Shown here: in pieces, positions 57,563 through 64,000 of the stretch
How positions within the stretch are numbered: the first letter of the stretch is position 1
Layout of the letters: every line of letters begins with the position of its first letter
Assembly: GCA_040285825.1 (NCBI GenBank)
Contig: JAUPSS010000003.1
Span: forward strand, 1,736,001-1,800,000
Origin: Eukaryota sp. TZLM1-RC
Lineage: Eukaryota > Protista > Metamonada: BaSk clade
Reading direction: 5' to 3'
Length of the DNA stretch: 64,000 bases
Made by a program: the position numbers and the translations under genes
Notes under the pieces: model-generated
Told to the model about the DNA's origin: nothing
The model's database searches: none
What the model saw: the letters and a program-made list of their open reading frames with translations, nothing else

Positions 57563-57596
57563 ACAAGTCTCTCTTCTTATACTTTCTCATCTGCAC

Positions 57597-58127
57597 ATGT
57601 CCGATTTAGAATTTGATACGTTTGTCATGCCGTTTTCGATCCTCATAGTAGCGCTGGAGCTGGAGCTTCTTTGACTATCCCCAAGTCTGCTGGTACCATC
57701 CGTAAGGGTGATCACGCCATTCTCAAAGGTCATCCTTGCAAGATCGCCGATGTCAGAGTATCCAAAACCGGAAAGCATGGTCATGCCAAGGCCAATTTTG
57801 TTGGATATGACATCTTCACCAACAACAAGTATGAGGATATGTGTCCCACATCCCACAACATGGACTGTCCTGTCATCAAGAGAGTTGAATATCAACTCAT
57901 GTACATTGAAGACAATCATTGCCATCTCCTCGATCCTGAAGCTGGTTTGCATTCTTGTTTGTTACTGTCTCACTGCAGGTGAAACTAGAGAGGATATTCC
58001 CCTTCCTTCTGGTGAATATGGAGAAAAGCTCCAAGAAGAATACGATGCTGGTAAAAACATTTTTGTCACTGTTTTAGATGCTATGAATAAGGAGGCAATT
58101 GTTTCCCACCGTGAAGTTCGTGATTAA
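57597..58127 (+). CDS. EIF5A: Translation factor eIF5A; introns 57620-57651 (32 nt) and 57945-57978 (34 nt)
   Basis: Hypusine motif SKTGKHGHAK, CPTSHNMDCP; both GTTTG..AG introns restore the frame. Confidence 0.97.
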
Positions 58128-58339
58128 TTTCGTAGTTTGTTGTTTATTTATGAAAGGGTTTTTTGTGGTAAGATCCCTAAATTCGAAAGTGTATACACTC
58201 TCATTTACAATTATTATTGTTGTTAAAAGGATAAGCCTTGCAGCGTAATAAACGACACACATTCAGTTTAATGTTAATATTAGTCATAAGATAATATGAA
58301 TGAGGCAAGTCTTCAAACTTGACTTGGGCCTTGAATCGT

Positions 58340-58610
58340 TGCCCAAGGTGTCACGTTTTCTGTTTAGGATGATGTTTTCAAAATTGAATTTACAAGAGCC
58401 CAACATTGAGAGTTATCTCACTACAATAGAACTTTTATGGATCTGTTAAGAGGTGATTTGGTTGTTCCTGGCTTAAATGGAACCTTCATTTCAGATGTTA
58501 TGTCTTTTGACCCTTGTTATTCTCCTAAACATTTAATTAATTCTTATGTCAATAATCGTGTTTTTGCTGTGGAAAAATACAAGATTGCTCAAAAACTAGA
58601 TGCGAAACCT
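58340..58610 (+). mobile_element. RLE endonuclease relic of a further non-LTR family
   Basis: RGDLVVPG..SDV..DP..AVEKYKI resembles the RLE R.D..D..K motif set. Confidence 0.6.
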
Positions 58611-58999
58611 ATGTCAAATGTTGATTTGACAAAAAATAGGTCTTCTATTACAATTTCTATAAAAACTGTCAGTTGAATAACAGATTGTGTGAATAATTTA
58701 CGAATACAGTTGACCTTCAATTAATCAAATTCGGACCACATTTTTTGATTTAATTGTAGATTTGAGGTATTCGGTATGAAGGCGAAAATACTGTGTCATT
58801 TACGAAACCCAGTGGAAAACCCAATAGTTATCAATAAATCACTTTTTCCTTAAGATTATTTGTGTACAAAGTCGACAACATTTGTATGTATGAAACTATT
58901 TTAATTCCCTTTTGGCAGAATGCATGACTTCAATTAATTTCTTGACTCTATCTGTTAAGTGGTACATTGGAATAGTTGTCAGCTGTCTGCTTCCGAATG

Positions 59000-61734
59000 A
59001 TTTCTTCTATTTTTCTGCTATATTCGGTTTCTTGTTTATTTTAATTTCTTGTTAGTGCATTTGTTTACTGAAAATCTCCGTAAAGGATTATGGGATGTTA
59101 CGCCTATTTGGAAATTTTTTCTGAAAAAAGATAAAAAACTTTTATCGAAAAAATCAAATTTTAAAAAAAATGTTTTTTCGAAAGAAAAATTAGTGAGAAA
59201 ATTAGCTTTAAAAGGACGTTTTGGATCTGCAAAACAATGTTTATTTTCTTCTGATTTAGCTGAATGTAATGAAAGCACATTGTTCCAATTGAATCATCTT
59301 CATCCGGAAGAAAATTTTCATTGTACTAAACCAGATTCAGTTGATTATTGGCTGCAAAATCCTGTCAATGCTTCTGAGGTATTGAAACTGATTCAGCAAA
59401 TGCCTACTGGAAAAGCTCCTGGGCCATCTTTGTTGAATTTTGACATGATCAAATCAGCTGTTGGACAGTGTCCTGAAATTGCTGACGATCTTGTTCTTTT
59501 TTTCAACAATCTTCTTACGTTAAAAATTAAAGTCCCTTTTGAGATGACCAGTGCTCGCTTAATTGCCCTTAAAAAAGTCAATCCAAAATCCGTCCAATTG
59601 CAATTGGAGAATCTTTTTCAAGAATTCTTGCGTCTCTTGTTTTCAATAGAATTGGAAAAAAAGCCAAGGAATTTTTCAGTCCGTTTCAATTTGGAATCAA
59701 GACAATTGATGGTGCTTCTTCTGCTGCTCTTTCGTCGGATGTGTTTTTTAATTCTAGTGATTCTAATTACATCTTCAATTTAGATTTTAAGAATGCTTTC
59801 AATTCTGTATCTCGTTCTTCCATTTTACCTTTGCTGCAAAAGCATTTTCCTGAAGTTGAGCCTTTTTTCTATTCATTTTATGGAAAATCATCCACATTGG
59901 TCTATGAAAATTTTGACCTGCTTTCGTCTTCAGGTGTTAAACAAGGTGATCCATTTGGTCCTTTTTTCTTTTGTCTGGCAATTCATCCATTAATGTGCGA
60001 ATTGAAAGAAAAATTCCCAGAAATAGATATTGTAGCATATATGGATGACATTTCTGTAATTGCTCCTATTACAATTCTGAAACAAATAGCAACTTTTATT
60101 CAACAGCGTTATGAAGATATTGGTCTCTCATTGAATATCTCCAAATGTTTGATTATTGGCCATGAACCAATTGATTTTTTTCATTAATGATGTAAATGTC
60201 CCCTTTATCAATTATGATCAGTCTGGTTTTCGTTTTTTGGGTTGTTATCTCGGAAATATTGATGAAGTGAAAAGCCAACTTTCGACTCTGTTGACTCAAT
60301 TTGGAAATGAATTAGAATCAATAGAAAATTTAAATATTGAGAAACATTTGAAATTCTTTTTCCTCAAAATCTGTTATTCTGGAAAATTTACTCATATTTT
60401 GAGATCAACATCACCATCAATTTCCTTGGAGTTCTGTCGCATTTTTAATGAACAAAGAACTAATTTTTTAGCAAAATTATTGGAAATTGATGCATCTCAG
60501 TTACGAAGCCACATTTTTTGTGGTACAAATTTTGGTGGTGTTGATTTTCATAAGTCAAGCTACCTTTGTAAAGCTGCCTTTATTGGAGGTGGAAAGAATT
60601 TTATTTATGAATTTGTGAATCGTTTTCCTGAAAAATTCATCTCATTGAAAATTGTGGCAGCTCCTATCTTATTTCTTTGCAACAGGAAATTGAAACTCTT
60701 TCACCCAATATTTGGGCTAAATGTTTCCCCTCTGATATTGTGGAACTTCCTTCAAGAAGCTTGCTCTCCTTACCATTGACTTTTGCAAAATTGCAGAAAA
60801 AAATTTTGAAAGTTTTAGAAAACTTGGATTATATTGTACGTCTTAGCTTGGCTAAGGAAAAAAATCCCGTTTTTGCAAACTTTTTGATTGATCTTGAAGA
60901 CAGTTGCTCAAGTTGCTTAATCTCCCAAATTCCCAACATTTACGGCCTTCTACTTAATGATCACCAATGGACCACTGCAATGAGATTGAGATGTTTTCTA
61001 TGGCCTTGCTCATTGCCAAATGATTTAATTTGTCGCTGCAAGAGTGTTGTTACGCTTTCCCATATTTTTAAACTGTAAGTATTTCATAACTTATCGCTCA
61101 CTTGTTCATGACTCAGTTCGTGATCAATTATATGCCATGTGCAAAAAGTTTCAATATAGAGGCATTTATTGAGCCACTAGTACGTAAGCTGTCTTCAGAT
61201 CAAACTGATGATTCCTTTGGTAAAAGAAGGGCAGATTTAGTAGCTCCAGGGATCGATGGTGTTCTCAATGTTGTAGACGTTGTCTCAGTGGATGTTTGCA
61301 AAAATTCTGCTGCTCGTTTAGTGTATTCCGCTGACTCGCCGTTATCTAACGCCGAAAAAAAGAAGATAAAAAAATATGAAGAACCTTTGGCACAGTTAGG
61401 TAGAGTGGAACATGTGAAATATCAGTTTGTGCCGTTTGCAATTTCTCTTTTTGGCAATATTGGACCTTCAGGCTTGCACTTTTTGGAAAATTTTAAAAAA
61501 GTGTTACTGAATAGGTCTGGTAAAACAATGAACTCCACTTTCTGGTTAAATAGAATTGTTTTTTGCATTTTCAAGTCTATTCCAACAATGATTTCAAAGG
61601 CACTTTTAGCTATTGGTGTAGAATATGAACGTAATGCTGTGAGTAGGTTCAGTAATAGTGACGCTTGTTTGGAGGATATTGAATTATAGATGGTTATTTT
61701 TATCTCAATAAATAAATAAATAAATAAAAAAAAA
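59000..61734 (+). mobile_element. Near full-length non-LTR retrotransposon (family B), RT + RLE, CRE-like; 5' boundary approximate
   Basis: LHP, GKAPGPS, ARLIALKK, LDFKNAFNSVSR, GVKQGDPFGP, YMDD, CRC..H, EP..RADL..D..EKKKIKKY; (AATA)n/A tail 61706-61734; several frameshifts in A/T runs. Confidence 0.93.
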
Positions 61735-61741
61735 GCATTTG

Positions 61742-62389
61742 TTAGAATATGAACTGAATGATGATCAATTCCAATATATCCTGGAGATAACTGTGTTCTT
61801 TGAGGAAAAACTTTATAGATGAACAAATCGTTGGGTTCAATAAAGTCACTTGGTGACACTTCGGCATTTTGAGTAGATTAACGACAATCAAATCGTGATA
61901 TTCCATCATCGCATTTCTTTTGTTCATGTCTGATGACAAAACTTCTATTCTTTTCATCAATTTAATTGATTCTAAAAAATAATTTCTCCATTTATTCTTT
62001 AAATCGTAGAAAATACCATTATCTGATAAGGATAAGTCCAAAAAGTCGAGCATTCTATTGACAGGAATACATTCTTCATACTCATTGAAAAATTCAATTG
62101 GATTATCAATAGGATTAGATTTAAGACGACAATCTTCTAATACCAATAAATCTTCTACTACTAATGACCTCATTATTTTGAAACGAGTTAACAGCTCGTG
62201 ACGAAGATGTTGTTTTCCCTCTTTTATTACGTAATTGATAAGTAATTCCAACTGCTGTGAAGATAATGACTGATCACTAGTACCCAATTGATTGACAATG
62301 GCCATTATGTTGTTGCCAATTTTTTGTTCTATATATTTTTTATGCTTCTTTGGTAATTTGGGTTTGACTCTGATTACAATTTCAATCAA
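61742..62389 (-). CDS. Hypothetical ORF or gene relic
   Basis: Frame stays open to about 62518 with no ATG near its 5' end; no recognised motif. Confidence 0.35.
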   Translation of the reverse strand: MIEIVIRVKPKLPKKHKKYIEQKIGNNIMAIVNQLGTSDQSLSSQQLELLINYVIKEGKQHLRHELLTRFKIMRSLVVEDLLVLEDCRLKSNPIDNPIEFFNEYEECIPVNRMLDFLDLSLSDNGIFYDLKNKWRNYFLESIKLMKRIEVLSSDMNKRNAMMEYHDLIVVNLLKMPKCHQVTLLNPTICSSIKFFLKEHSYLQDILELIIIQFIF

Positions 62390-62601
62390 TGTATTCCATT
62401 CTGTATGACATTGATTTTGTTCTGCAACTTGTTCCTTCTTGTCATCTTCTGCATCCTTTTTTGGAATTTCCTGAAGAGCATTGAGTGTTGAAGTTGAGAA
62501 ATTAAAGTTGCAACAAAATTACATTTCAGAGAAAGTACATCCCAAACTTTATTAAACTACATATCTAAACTGTATCCACTACCTATCCTACCTTATTCCA
62601 G

Positions 62602-63385
62602 ATGAGTCTTTTTATTGGCAGATTAACCCACGACATCAGGGAGGCAGATGTCAGGGAAGCTTTCGACAAGTTCGGAGAAATTACTCGTTGTGACCTAAGA
62701 GGCAGCTTCGGCTTTGTCACCTTTAAAGAAGATTCACAAGCAGAGAAGTGCATCGATGAGTATCACGAGCGCCCTCTAATGCCCGGTGGATCACGAATTG
62801 CCGTGGAATGGGCTAAGAGCTCTCCTCGCTACAATGGCTCTTCCGGTCCAGCTCGTCGTTCCTCTGGAGGTCCAAGAGGAGGATGCTACAAGTGTTTGTT
62901 TAAATTATACACTCATTACAGGCGGTAGTACTAGTCACTATGTACGAGATTGTCCTGAAGAACGTTTTGCCCGTGACCGTCGCAGGTCACCCTCTCCTCC
63001 TTACCGTCGTTCTCGCTATGAAGATAGGTACGATGATCGTCGCCCTCGTTATGACGACCGGCGTTCTCGCTATGAAGATAGATACGATGATCGTCGCCCT
63101 CGTTTTGATGATAGAGAATATAGAGATCGCAGTCCCGTAAGAGGCCCTAGTCCCAGACGCTGGAGTCCTGATCGTGATGATCGCAGAAGAGCCGATACTG
63201 GTCATCGCTCTCCGCCTAGAGGACGTTCTCCACCTCCCAGATCTCCTCCTCTACGACGTGAGTCTCCTCGCTTTGAAGATCGCCCTCAGAGTCCAGCTTG
63301 GGGTTCTGGACAACAGGATTACGGTCTCAAGCGCGGCTCTGGTATAGATAATCAACCTGAAGAAAAACGTCCTCGCGAAGATTAG
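62602..63385 (+). CDS. SR-type splicing factor (RRM + CCHC knuckle + RS/RD-rich tail, SRSF7/RS2Z-like); 28-nt intron 62894-62921
   Basis: LFIGRL, GSFGFVTF, VEWAK; intron removal gives CYKCGSTSHYVRDC. Confidence 0.92.
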
Positions 63386-63799
63386 CTTTCCCCCATTTTG
63401 TTCTTTCTGTAGATGCTCCTAATTATAAAAGTCTGTATTTTGCCATGCTGCCAGAAACACTCTGGAGACCAATGCCCGCTTTGTCTCTGTCTTATTGTTT
63501 GTCCATCATTTATTTAATTGTGTAAATATTTTTTCAGTCTGTCCATTGTTCTATGAGCTTGTCAAACGTTATGTTTAACGGAATTTATAAAGTTGCCATA
63601 GAATTTTTATTTTGTTGTCTGGACTTCTCACTATCGTTGATTACGCTTGTTAATTCAATGACTGAAGTTTTAGCAATAAATTGATCCTTTGTGTAGGTCC
63701 AATATTTAATACTAATGATTGGACATCACTTGTTTTTTCAATAATATTGTTCTAAGTGGATTAATGTAACATGATACTCAAAAAAACGAAAGCCCTTTA

Positions 63800-64000
63800 T
63801 CCTCAACGTCTACCTTTTTGGCATCAGAACCTGTTATTAAATGTCAATGTTATTAAATGGTTTATTAGCTTGCAATTGTCAGAATTATAAATCCAGTAAC
63901 AATGGCTCAACAAAGCGTTTCAATAGAAATAAACTGGTTTGTCTGAATATGGTTGCAATAGGTGAAGCCAGAATGAGTGGTAATGAAAAGCCTCAGTATT
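63800..64000 (+). pseudogene. Fanzor C-terminal relic, same family as 35480-35853; runs off the window
   Basis: NGLLACNCQNY..RFNRNKLVCLNM..GNEKPQY; clear DNA similarity to 35700-35838. Confidence 0.7.

Overview
AT-rich, gene-dense genomic DNA from a flagellated eukaryotic microbe; the tiny, rare introns with a fused branch point/3' splice site look metamonad-like (inference). Host genes: SWSAP1-like, MTR4, ARL16-like GTPase, the N-terminal half of an axonemal dynein heavy chain (DNAH10-type), a BEACH-family-like protein lacking its BEACH/WD40 end, katanin p60, a PH-domain protein, Raptor, an orphan bacterial-looking protein, BBS9, eIF5A and an SR-type splicing factor. Intergenic space is filled with mobile DNA: RLE-type (CRE-like) non-LTR elements of at least two families, a triple nest (non-LTR relic < Ty3/gypsy with 79-bp LTRs < Ty3/gypsy with 156-bp identical LTRs), a 94-bp hAT-type MITE, and at least five Fanzor/TnpB relics, three followed by structured candidate omega-RNAs. 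Most notable: (1) both LTR elements have no tRNA primer-binding site; a conserved CAATA-NN-TATTG palindrome inside a covarying hairpin straddles the 5' LTR boundary instead, a candidate novel priming mechanism; (2) two convergent giant genes both end cleanly at a domain boundary and lack their C-terminal portions (candidate split or trans-spliced genes); (3) the Fanzor relics with candidate guide-RNA scaffolds. All protein assignments are by motif recognition, not database search.
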